Both the position numbers and the translations under genes were made by a program. A DNA stretch of 60,948 nt, filler included. It is 10 parts of 10 records of this genome, joined end to end, with 100 filler letters (N's around TTAATTAATTAA, not from the genome) between each part and the next. Parts side by side here need not be neighbours in the genome. Positions count along the whole stretch, not along the records: positions 43,090 to 46,411 come from SRR15195285_5552; positions 46,512 to 54,225 come from SRR15195285_5555; positions 54,326 to 60,948 come from SRR15195285_5560; 7 more parts are not named here. One strand, written 5' to 3'. This document shows, in pieces, positions 44,284 through 54,534 of the stretch. Below the pieces are notes generated by a model, which was not told the origin of the DNA, made no database searches, and saw nothing but the letters and a program-made list of their open reading frames with translations. Numbering within the stretch: the first letter of the stretch is position 1; each line of letters begins with the position of its first letter.

Positions 44284-45838
44284 TCAATCCCGCTCCTGCG
44301 GCTTAGCTCCACAACACCCACCGCCACCACCAGCTGGCTTCTTCCGTCGTGGTCTACTCGCGGCGCCATCCGTGCCGCCACTGGGTGCTGCATTTGCCTC
44401 CACGGCAGGGCTCAGTGATGGGGCCCGCAAAGCCGCTAGCGCGTCTAACTTTTCGGCCTCTGTGCAAAGCCGTGCAAAACGCGGGGTCGCAGGAAAGTTT
44501 TTCACCTCGTCGCGCGCCCGAACCTGCGCGGATCGCCAGGCACATGCACGCATAATCGCATGGCTGCGTCTAACTGCGAGCGCGGCAGATATATGCCAAC
44601 TTGTTGGCGCTGCAATCTGAAGTAGCCGCGAATGGCGAGCAGCGTACCTTGTACCCTCTGTACCATCCTTCGATGTGCTCTTCTTCGTGCGTGGCCTTGC
44701 CTTCGACCACCACTACATCACCAATCTCAAGTTCCAAGTCATCCACGGCTCGCCATTGCTCCGGGTCCTGGTACGTGCTGCCATTAAACTCGTGCAGTAT
44801 CTTCACAAAGTCCCCGACTGCAAAATTGACCACTGTTGCCGCGATAGGTGGCTCTTGGGCAATTTTCATGTGCAGATCCTTACGCTTAGCTTTCGCTTCG
44901 TCGATGTTGGTTGCGTCGAAACCAAGGAGCTCCCTAGTCCGAGGGTGGTGCATCACCTGCGAGATGGCAATGCAAACTGAGTGCCGTGGCTTCTTTGGAC
45001 TTCGCTGGTTGTAAGGAGGCAAAGGTGCATGCGCTGACCTGCGCATTCGTAAACAAACTGGCGTAGTACGCGAGCAGCTGCTGTCCGCGCTGCTGCTGTG
45101 CGTTCTCATCATCGGAGTGGTTAGTTAGCCATGACTTCGCAGGGAACTCAATCGGAAAGGCGCTGAGGCAACCAGCGGCTTTCATGTTCTGGTGAACCGA
45201 CCGTAGTCTTGAATATCGGTCGAAGAACTTGTATACCGTCACTCCAAACACCTGCACAATTCGTGGATGAGAGCTGGGCAAGCCGCGCCGCAGCGAGCAG
45301 CAACGTCACAGGTGTGTTCTCAGGCGCACCTTCACATCGAAGGCGTAGAGCACGGTGTTGTCGCCGTGCATGGGGTCCTTCGTGATTCCCGAAAGCACAA
45401 CAGTGACCTCGTGCTTGTGGTCTTCCTTATCGTGCTCGTCCTGCACGACAGCCGCGGGCAAATCACGTTGACGCCGAAGAGGCAGGTGCGCGCGGCCCCC
45501 GGCAGCGCCCGGCAGCGGGCGGGAGGGGGGGGGGGGAGGGGGTCACTGTTTCCTCTCACCGGTTCGGGGGCATCAGGGTCGTCCATCCTCACAGCTTCCC
45601 ACCCCAACGAGGTCCACCAGTTCTCAAATTCGATGAAGGACACGGTTCCATTGCCGTCCGCATCCATAATCGCCATCATGTGGTCGAGCTCGTCCTCCGT
45701 GACTTGCCGTGTCTTATCCGGGCAGAAGAGCTTCTCGGCGACACCCCGGACCTCCTCGCGCTCCAGCACGCCACTCCCGTCCACATCGTGCTCGTCAAAC
45801 AGCAGCCGCAGGTGGCTGTCGTCGTCCGAGGCCTCCAT
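44284..45838 (-). CDS. EF-hand + PX-like + SH3-like protein; exons 45838-45560, 45440-45330, 45251-45039, 44956-44648, 44523-44284
   Basis: Four phase-0 GT-AG introns. EF-hands DVDGSGVLEREE and DADGNGTVSFIE. PX-like DRYSRLR.VH...FPAKSWL...QRGQQLLAYY. SH3-like DLELEIGDVVVV...GWYRGYK...NFP. C-terminus RRKKPAGGGGGCCGAK. Confidence 0.8.
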
Positions 45839-46411
45839 CCGCACTAGCCCGGCTCTCCCAGCGCTCACCGCCGCCGGAATACATTGCATTAACAGCGCTC
45901 ATATTTATATAGAAATTCAGAGCCACGCAATGCAAATAAATCCGAGATTATACCCCCGTCCTTCCACCGGCCACTCGATCGTCAAAACTCGTAGTTTACA
46001 TACGTACTAACTCGCATTAATCGAACGGTGTAGATTCTCACATGAATATGACAAACTGCAATTCAGAGGGGAAGTTAGTATGAGTTTGCAATGGGATTCA
46101 CTGGCCGGTAAGAATTCTTGAACCACCGCACCGGCATCACCACCATCACCCGTGATGTACGTATCCTAGGAATTCCTACTATAATTGCAATTGTACAGGA
46201 TCCATACATGTATTGCATGTACTTACAAGCTATCTATTACAATATAGTACTGTAGAGATCTTGAAATACCAGGTGATTTCTGATTACTCGAATTACTCAC
46301 GTGAGATGTGAAGGCAAAATCAAGTTCAAGAGCCGGGGTATGTTCATTTTTCGCAAAAGCCGGTGACCCGTGCGCCGGATAATTGTACAATCAAGCGCCG
46401 GGATGTATTGA

Positions 46412-46511
46412 NNNNNNNNNNNNNNNNNNNNNNNNNNNNNNNNNNNNNNNNNNNNTTAATTAATTAANNNNNNNNNNNNNNNNNNNNNNNNNNNNNNNNN
46501 NNNNNNNNNNN
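46412..46511. other. Artificial contig spacer
   Basis: 44 N + TTAATTAATTAA + 44 N. Confidence 0.99.
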
Positions 46512-46512
46512 G

Positions 46513-47535
46513 CCAGAGCCAGAGCCAGAGCCAGAGCTGGAATTGGTGCGCGAACAGCAGCAGGAGGAGATGGTAGATGTGGTACCAACTGACGGTGGTT
46601 CCCCGCCTCTAGAATTGGAGCAAGGGCCTGAATCGGAGTCGGAGGCAGAGCTGAGATCCCAACCTGAATCGGAGCCCAACTCAGAGCTGGAGCTGCTGGT
46701 ACAACCAGTGCCTGAATCTGAATCGGACCAATCTGCTCAACTCACTGAGCAGGGAAAGCAGACAAAAGATACTTCACCTGCTGGTGATGGTGACGAATAT
46801 GACTGCGATTACATGTGTGGCTATCATGGATCCTTTCAAGACGTGGAGCAACATGAGGGCTCAACATGTCCAAACCGACCAACGAACGACGAGGGCGAAA
46901 ATGAAGGAGTGGTAGGGCATCTACAAAAGGAAGAGAGCAACAACGAGGTGACGAAGCCACCTGTAGGGGCCGCTAAGCGGAATGAGCAAAGTGCGGCGGC
47001 TGAGTCACAGGACCAAAAACCAGCAGCACCAATAGCACCACCAGCGCTGGCACCACAGAAGGAGAGCGAGGAGGAGGCGAGTGTAGAAGGCACTGGGCAA
47101 GATGAGCAGAATGAGGCACCAGCGCCACCCGAAGTACAAACGCTAGAACCACCAGAACCGTTATTACCTGCACAAGCAGCTGTGCCTACTTCGGACATAC
47201 CACTGGGTCAGGGTGGGATTCAACATCCCGGCGACTCCAATGCTACTGATGAGCGTGGTGGTGGGTCACTACCTGAAGGGCTTATGCTAAAGCTTGAGCT
47301 TGACCCTGATGTCAGGGTTGAATCAAAGGCTCCGAAGACGGACGATCCCGGCGACATGACTATCACCACTACGGTTGTTCGACCAGGGGAGATCGAGAAA
47401 GTTCGAGAGGAAGATGCTGCCAAGTTCCGCAGAATGGAAGAGCTGATCGCCTACGCATGGTATGCTGCAGGCCGTGAGGACGAGGCAAAGGCAATTGCAG
47501 CGAAGGTCGGCAGCGAAGTTTCGAGGGAGCCGTAA
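46513..47535 (+). CDS. 3' part of an acidic low-complexity protein with a small C2HC zinc-finger-like motif (5' truncated)
   Basis: Open from the contig start through a PE repeat. Contains YDCDYMCGYHGSFQDVEQHEGSTC. Confidence 0.6.
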   Translation, partial: PEPEPEPELELVREQQQEEMVDVVPTDGGSPPLELEQGPESESEAELRSQPESEPNSELELLVQPVPESESDQSAQLTEQGKQTKDTSPAGDGDEYDCDYMCGYHGSFQDVEQHEGSTCPNRPTNDEGENEGVVGHLQKEESNNEVTKPPVGAAKRNEQSAAAESQDQKPAAPIAPPALAPQKESEEEASVEGTGQDEQNEAPAPPEVQTLEPPEPLLPAQAAVPTSDIPLGQGGIQHPGDSNATDERGGGSLPEGLMLKLELDPDVRVESKAPKTDDPGDMTITTTVVRPGEIEKVREEDAAKFRRMEELIAYAWYAAGREDEAKAIAAKVGSEVSREP

Positions 47536-47574
47536 CTCAATGGAGCGTTTAGTTTATGCAAGCCCTAGGTACAC

Positions 47575-49629
47575 CTATACGTCAGTTGACAGCAGTCGTG
47601 CCTTCTCGCCTTCTCGTTCCCCACCGCCAGCCACGATTGATACCGCGCTGCTGGGAATTCGTCTGCCGCGATGCTCTCCACTATCGACGACAGTGTGCTC
47701 GTTGTCGCGTGTCAATCGCCGCATACTGAATGTAGGACCACAGCACAAGCCAAGAACTGACACAAAAGCAATGCAAGAAGTGACTATACCAACCAACATT
47801 ACGTTGTCCTGGCTGTTCCCATTTCTACTGCCATCGTCCCGGTCGTGCGCAACGATTGCCGTTGCCACTGCTGGAGCCGCGCCACTAATCATTGCCGCGA
47901 CATTGTATGTGAGCCCCATTGCTGTATTCCGTGTGGCGACATCAGGCAACTGTAGACTCATCCACCAGGTCATCGGGCCGATGTACAGCCCGAGGAACCC
48001 ACCAACCACTACTGAACCAGCTGTGTACGCCCATGTACCGCTCAGCACTGTGCTAGTGCCACCGTCAGTGCCGGTAGCTGTGGCAGATTGGTAGCACAAG
48101 AACGCCAGAGGTGTTGCAACCAGAACCCCACAAGCTCCGATGGCCATAGCAAAGTCAGGTGACCCTCGTCTATCAGACAGCATCCCTCCGTAGACCTCGA
48201 CACTCAAGACATAGACCATGAACAGAGCGTTAAAAGAGTAAGCGTTCGGGAGTGGCCGCCCGCTTTCCCAAGCACACGGCATAGGGACAGACTCACTGGG
48301 CAGACCGGGTGCAGAAGCTGGCATGTCTGGATCTGCAGCAGCAACGACGCAGTATACGCGCTCAGCAACTTTCACGGCCATTAGATCGTCCATATCAGTC
48401 GCATTGTCAGTGCGATCCCCAACTGCTGCCGCGGCACCTGCGCTGTACTCAATGGACGGGTCAGCCTGCCACTCGCAGCCCGGCGACTTTTCACACCAGT
48501 ACTGCGCGTTCGTTAAGTACGCGGGCAGCCATGTAAAGAAGACGTAAAAGCCAATGTTGTTGAGGTTAATCACAACGATGACGCGGACAATGGCGGGCGC
48601 AATGGACCACAGCCCTGCGCCTAGGCCCATTGCGTCACCGACCAGCTGGCCTGAGGCCTTGGCTTCCTCGAACTGCGCAGCCTCGCGCAGCCCGCGCCGC
48701 ATCCAGATACCGACGAGTGAGACCCCGACCCCCAGCGCAAACGGCAGTCGCCACGCCCAGTCTAGCAGCTCTGCATCGGTGTAGACGGTGTGCATCAGAG
48801 CCGCCACAAGTGAGCCGACGAGTGTTCCCGCGGAACTGAAAACTTTCAGCAGCGCCGAGACAAAGCCCACACGGTGTGGTGGCGTGACCTCCATGGCATA
48901 AGTCATGAGCCCACCAAACGCCCCGCCGACAGACAGCCCCTGAATCAGCCGTATCATGGTCAAAAGAACGGTTGAGAAGATGCCGAGCGTAGCGTATCCG
49001 GGCAATATCGCGATGGCAGTGGTCGGCAGTGCCATGAGCGACATCGCCAGCCGCATTGAGTACACGCGACCAAACTTGTCGCCGATGTATCCGAAGAGCA
49101 CACCTCCTACCGGCCTCATCACGAACGCCCCCGCGAAGACCACGAACGACTCGAGCAGCTGTGTCGCCGCATCCGCGTCCGGAAAGAAGGTCTGGCCCGG
49201 GAAACACAGTTGCACACCGCCACGTCAGCGCATGCATGGTCCAGCATAGGAATACCGGCGAACACAGGCATTGGGGCCTGGAAGAGGCGCACCGCGGCGA
49301 TCTCGTTTGCGAACAAGCCGTACAGCGCAAAATCGAACCACTCAAGGAAGTTTCCCACCGAGCCGCTGCGGGCGTCCGAAGCACACTGACGGTGTGAGTC
49401 CAGCGCCTGGCTGAATGGCGGCACGCAGGGGCGCACAGCGACGCCGCGCGTACGATACGTGCACGTGTGGAGCACCGTACTGTAGCGTACGCATTCCGCA
49501 CGCTGGGCACATCTTGTGGGTGGAGGGCACGGTGGGTGCGGCGCACGCGATGAGAGCCTTCCAGAGCTCCGAGCCCTCCAGGTGCCCCGGCTCTCGCTTT
49601 GTGCCGCCCCCCGCCGCTGCCGCCGCCAT
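47575..49629 (-). CDS. MFS metabolite:H+ symporter (ProP/MHS-like); exons 49629-49547, 49365-49293, 49191-47575
   Basis: Splicing restores KALIAGSVGNFLEWFDFALYG. Also MRPVGGVLFGYIGDKFGR, LPGYATLG, RLIQGLSVGG and WAWRLPF. Confidence 0.9.
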
Positions 49630-49902
49630 TCAGCTCGCGCGCCTGCACGACTGTCGTTCTCTCGCTAGCACGTAGTAGCTATCAGTTGCACATTTGCATG
49701 CGTTGCACACAAGTTCTTGATCTTGGTATTCTTGTACGTAGCGTGCACGCTACAAGTACGGCGTACGGTAAGGTATACAGAATACACTACACAGTCCGAG
49801 CAGCCGGCGGCAGCAATCGAGAAATCTTTCTCTCGCAGTACGTACGCGGCAACAGTCGCGAGCTTCACCTTCAGCACGTCCGCGCCGGCGTACAAGAGCG
49901 CT

Positions 49903-49946
49903 CCTACCTAAGGCTACCTAAAACCTACCTAAAACCTACCTAAAAC
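49903..49946. repeat. Short tandem repeat (CCTACCTAAAA-like, about 4 copies) between divergent genes
   Basis: cctacctaaggctacctaaaacctacctaaaacctacctaaaac read directly. Confidence 0.75.
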
Positions 49947-50360
49947 GCCCCGGGCGCTGTTCAGGTACGTACAGCTCGCGTACCGTACGTTCTACGTACC
50001 AGCTACCACGACGCCGGCGATGAACTCGCATCGCGGCGCCCGCGCGTGCGCGTCCGTCCGTCCCGCGCGCCGGTCTCGGAGCTCGTGCCCAGCGCGAGCG
50101 CATGCAGTGCCCAGATTGGAGATTGCGGACTCGTCTCCTACCTACAGTCTCGCATTTAGTTCGCCACGTGCTGACACCAATGGTATGAGTACATGAATGG
50201 GCCTTAGGCAATAAGCAGCAATTTAAAACGACTTCCGATGGAAATTTTCGATTGGATTGCGACGCCCGTAACGGCGAACGGCGCCGCGTGTGCCCGTCGC
50301 TACCGTAGCTCTCTTAGATCTCTCTAAGAAAGAGAGAGAGAGGGCGAAGAGGGGAGGTTC

Positions 50361-52727
50361 ATGCTGCTCTACTTCGCCCTCCTGCCCTCCATCGCCGCTG
50401 CCCCTGCCGCCCCTGCCCCTGCTGCTGCTGATGAGCCGGCAGCCCTGTCGTGCGAGGCGCTCTCCTCCTCGGCGCTAAGCGTCTCGTGGCCGTGCGTAGA
50501 CGCGACGGACCTGTACTACGTTGCGCTCTTCGCCACCGCAGCCGAGGCTGGCGGTGAGACGCCAAAGCCAGCCGCCATTCTCACGAGCCAGGCCTGCCAC
50601 ACAGTGCTGGAGGACCTGCTACCCTCGACCACCTACTACCTGCGAGTGCGCTCACATCCTACGACGGCGCCGTCCACGGTGTGGGGGTGGCGCAACTACA
50701 GCAGTGGTCCATCTCTGGGCTGCGCCACGAAGGCCGCACTCGCTTACACAGTGCAGCGGCACGGTGCGCTGATGCATCACCAGCTTGGGTTCCAGTGGCG
50801 CGCAAACGCAGGGCACGAGCTTGGCCTTGCGCGTGGCGAGATCACGGCGCTGTGGCGCCACATCCCGAGTGGCGTGGTGGCCAGTGTGCTAAGGCGACCA
50901 CTTGGGACGGTCGACAGCAGCACCTGGCAGCAGGCCACGCTAGCGTCTACTGGTGGCCGTGGCGATATAGCGACCGTGGCAGGCCTCTCTCCTGACAGTT
51001 CGTACGCAGCCCTACTGCGAGGGCCCAACGGCGCCACGCTGTCCGACCCAATTCGGCTCCGAACAGCGGCGGTTGGCAGCTCTTATGAAACCGTGTACCG
51101 CGTTGCGGAAGGCACACATGACATCGACCTGCTCCTGAACCACAACGCGGGAGATCTGCAAGGCGAGGCTGCTTTCCTCAGTGATTCTGGGAACTACAAG
51201 CTCACGCCACAACAGATCTCCAACGATCCGTGTGCGCAGGCTCTGAATCGTACAGAGTGCGTCCCTAATAGTGGCGGCTGCATGACCTGTGCTGGGTCGG
51301 TCTGGGTCAACGGCACAGGTGCTGTGGCGGACGCGGTTCGGAAGCAATGCAGCAACCCAGCGTTGCCCTTTCCCACTGACAACAAAGCTGCTGAAAACTG
51401 GTGTGGTGATGGCTTCGCATTCTTCGACTGGACCCTGACTCCTGTCACAGAGTACTGGTGCGCCGAACCACACAGCCCACTCAGTTCCTTTGTCACGTCG
51501 CTGTGACTTTGGGTGAGTTGACACCACACCTATGCGTGTTGCCACGGACAGTGTTGAGCGACTAGCGCCTGCCCCGCACCCACCACCACGTGGTTGGGGA
51601 GTTCCAGGCTTTGCTACCTACGTTTCTTGCAACGCTCCGGAAGCTGGTGAGGCCACGACGTGCCTTTCGTGTTCGCTTTGCGACTTTTGAATACAAGGAA
51701 CGTCGGCTGTTGCGGTGTAACAGGGAGTCTCAACTCTCACGCGGACCCAGTGTGTATATGCGCCTGCTACGCTGATCGCCTCATCGCCATGCAGCCAATA
51801 TCAGATCTCGAGGCACACTGCGGCACGAACGACCCTGCTCACCCGACCTACAAGGACTGCAACTGTACTGTGGGTGGCGGTGTACGAGAGCCTGCTGGCT
51901 CAGACTCCATTCGCTATGTAAGTGGATTTCCGTTGCCCGAATCGATTACGTTGAAGTAGAAATGGTGCTGACAGAATGATTGTTGCATCCCAACACAGGT
52001 TGGCGCGATGGGGGTTCAATGCCCTTACTTCTACTGGGACATGCCACAGAGAGACTACGGCTGGCAAACTAGCTGTGGGCATTGGTACACACTCATTTCT
52101 ACACTGACTTTACCGAATCGCGTCGGTACTGCCTATGGATTTTTCGGTTGAATCTCTCATGAAACACAGCTAATGTGAGTGGTGCCGCGTTGCCAGGTAT
52201 TCGTTTCCTCGGGCTGGTGTGCAGCAGATTGTTCTCTCTCAGTTCCGCACTTTGTGTTGTCAAGAACGTACTTTGCAGACGATTTCCCACGGCTCACCAT
52301 TCTGTGAAACAGTGTATCGTTGCGTGCGGTTGGTGCACGGCAGGAGCATGCGTAGCTACCGACGATGACTCACCTCAGGCGAGATCGTCTGAGTTCACCG
52401 CGGGGACATGTACCTGGCGTCGTTCGTCACGTGCGCGGAATGTGTACGGCACGGCACTGCTGAGTCACGGTTGGGACAGATCATCTTCATTCAACGACAA
52501 AACTGGCCACTGTAAGTTCCCTACTGCTACGGCAACTGCCTCCGCGCCCACTGTTGTTCGAGGAGAGGCAAAGAGAGCGCTCCTCTCCTGATTAATACGC
52601 GGTCGGTTTCGTGGTGGAATGCACAGACAAAAATACGACGCACCGCACGGTTGGCAACGCGCAGGCTCTGCAGCGTGCTTTCGACTCGCTCGAGCAGCTG
52701 TTTACGCCGCGCTGTTGTGGGTGCTGA
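50361..52727 (+). CDS. Secreted fibronectin type III protein with Cys-rich C-terminal domain of unknown function, about 7 exons
   Basis: Signal peptide and FnIII motifs (ALSVSW...YYV...LEDLLPSTTYYLRVRS; a second AGLSPDSSYAALLR). GT-AG introns link later exons encoding YVSCN, CICACYADR, WYSFP, CTWRR and a terminal PRCCGC with stop at 52725-52727. Some internal junctions are less certain. Confidence 0.65.
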
Positions 52728-52992
52728 TGCTGCCGAGAGATTCAGCTGGACCTACGCAGCGGTGCACGCCTGAGCGGAATGCTCGAAACCTTCACGTGCC
52801 ATACATAAATGTTGAGTAGTACTATCTCTTCAACAACGCGACAGTGCACGGCGCCAGTAAGAAGATGACCAAGTGCTCTTACTCCTTACAACTAGTATGA
52901 TTATACCTGGACGCTTGCAAGTGTATACCAGCGACATGTACTCTACTGCGTAGTTTTGTCGCCATTTCGCACCCTTCATTCAGTTCCACATG

Positions 52993-54225
52993 CTACCTGG
53001 CCGTTGCCATGTCTCTCAGGAACATTCCCGAGTTCACCATCTCGTTCGATCCCAGGACAACCCGCTTGGAACCTTCGCCAAAACTACTGCTTCCGGGACT
53101 GTGCTTGTTGTTCCATCGCGCGACAACCATCGCCTCTGCATATGTAGCCCCGCCCACAATAAACACAACGGCTTCGTGACAGCGAGTTGCAGTAGTTTCG
53201 CCACCTCTACTGCCACCTTGCGCAGATAGCACAGGGTGCGTCGCAGTCGGAAGCCCCTGCCCCTGCCGCGAAAATAAAGCTTCTAAGGTCGATTCTAACA
53301 GTGGCTTATGTCTGGTGTAGACATTCTCGACCCCCACAAGACCTTCCTGAATGGATTTCTTGATCGCACCGCCCACGAGCGACACACCGCCCATGAGTTT
53401 AGAGCCCGCCGTCCCTCCACCGGCCGACTTGACACCGCCGTCGTATAGACCAGTCGTGCGCCGCCGCAACCCCGCAAAATCCCGCACGCGGCGGAGTAAC
53501 CCAATCTCATGTGCTTCGCAGCCGTGGCCTAGAAGTAAATCTTTGAGCGAGTCTAGCGTGTCCGCCCCATCATGGTGCTCGAGGTCAGATTCGTACCGGA
53601 GCACAAACAGCAAAGCCAGACGCAGCTGCTCAGCTGGCCGCGTCCTCGGATCTTTGACGACTTCGCTCAGTGACTTGAACGCCACCGACATCTTTTCAGC
53701 ACTACATGCAAGATCCTGCTCCAGCTCTGATATCTTCATGAGGTTCTTCTCGCTCACCACGCGACTGAGCTCTCCTACCGTCGCAACGTGTTTCTCGACG
53801 TTGGTACCCATGGCTCGAAACTCAGGAAAGTTGGCGACCACGCGTTTCATGTCGTCAATTGTCTGGATGTTCTGTGCTGTGCGGGTCTTCTGCCCAAAGT
53901 CCTCCACCAGTGCCTTCATATTCTCCCCTAGGTCACCGAAGTTGCAATACATATTGTCGCGGAAGAACTCATCTTGCTGCGAGTCCAGGACCACCTCGCG
54001 CTGATCGGCCTTTGCGTTCGGCAGATGCACGCGGTTGTTCGTCACACCGAACAGCTCGTGGACCATGGCCTGGTACGTCCACTGTGCGAGGAGCGGCGTC
54101 AGCGGGTCGTCGCGCCTGTCCAGAAAGAGCAGCGTGGCGCCGCCCTCCGCGCCCGACGACTTGCGAAACTCAAACAGTGCTGCCGCCTCGCCAGTGATGC
54201 GCGCGCTCACCATCTCGGCCAGCCG
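52993..54225 (-). CDS. VPS45: Sec1/Munc18 family vacuolar sorting protein VPS45, 5' truncated
   Basis: LLFLDRRDDPLTPLLAQWTYQAMVHEL, QDEFFRDNMYCNFGDLG, DDMKR...FPEFR...NVEKHV, ELEQDLAC, GVENVYTRHKPLL and VFIVGGATYAE. Confidence 0.92.
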   Translation of the reverse strand, partial: RLAEMVSARITGEAAALFEFRKSSGAEGGATLLFLDRRDDPLTPLLAQWTYQAMVHELFGVTNNRVHLPNAKADQREVVLDSQQDEFFRDNMYCNFGDLGENMKALVEDFGQKTRTAQNIQTIDDMKRVVANFPEFRAMGTNVEKHVATVGELSRVVSEKNLMKISELEQDLACSAEKMSVAFKSLSEVVKDPRTRPAEQLRLALLFVLRYESDLEHHDGADTLDSLKDLLLGHGCEAHEIGLLRRVRDFAGLRRRTTGLYDGGVKSAGGGTAGSKLMGGVSLVGGAIKKSIQEGLVGVENVYTRHKPLLESTLEALFSRQGQGLPTATHPVLSAQGGSRGGETTATRCHEAVVFIVGGATYAEAMVVARWNNKHSPGSSSFGEGSKRVVLGSNEMVNSGMFLRDMATAR

Positions 54226-54325
54226 NNNNNNNNNNNNNNNNNNNNNNNNNNNNNNNNNNNNNNNNNNNNTTAATTAATTAANNNNNNNNNNNNNNNNNNN
54301 NNNNNNNNNNNNNNNNNNNNNNNNN
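54226..54325. other. Artificial contig spacer
   Basis: 44 N + TTAATTAATTAA + 44 N. Confidence 0.99.
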
Positions 54326-54391
54326 GCCTGCTTGCTTGCTTGCCTGCTTGCCTGCTTGCCTGCCAGCCTGCTTGCTTGCTTGCTTGCTTGC
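54326..54391. repeat. (GCTT/GCCT)n microsatellite at contig start
   Basis: Read directly from the sequence. Confidence 0.9.
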
Positions 54392-54534
54392 CCCTGCTGC
54401 TGCCGCGCTGCAGGCGGTACGGTACCCGGGTTGCACGCTCTCTCGGCCGGTATACGTACATTTCAATACGGCGACGATGATGATGGTCTGAGTGGGGTGG
54501 CAGCGGCGGAGCCCACTGCACTCTCCAGGAGGTG

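Noticed and set aside
49903-49946. CCTACCTAAAA repeats as telomeric sequence
   Set aside because: Only about four internal copies of an 11-bp unit, which does not match canonical telomere units.
8131-54325. Nine identical TTAATTAATTAA elements as a biological repeat or CRISPR-like array
   Set aside because: Each is flanked by exactly 44 N on both sides and gives stops in all six frames, so they are artificial linkers.
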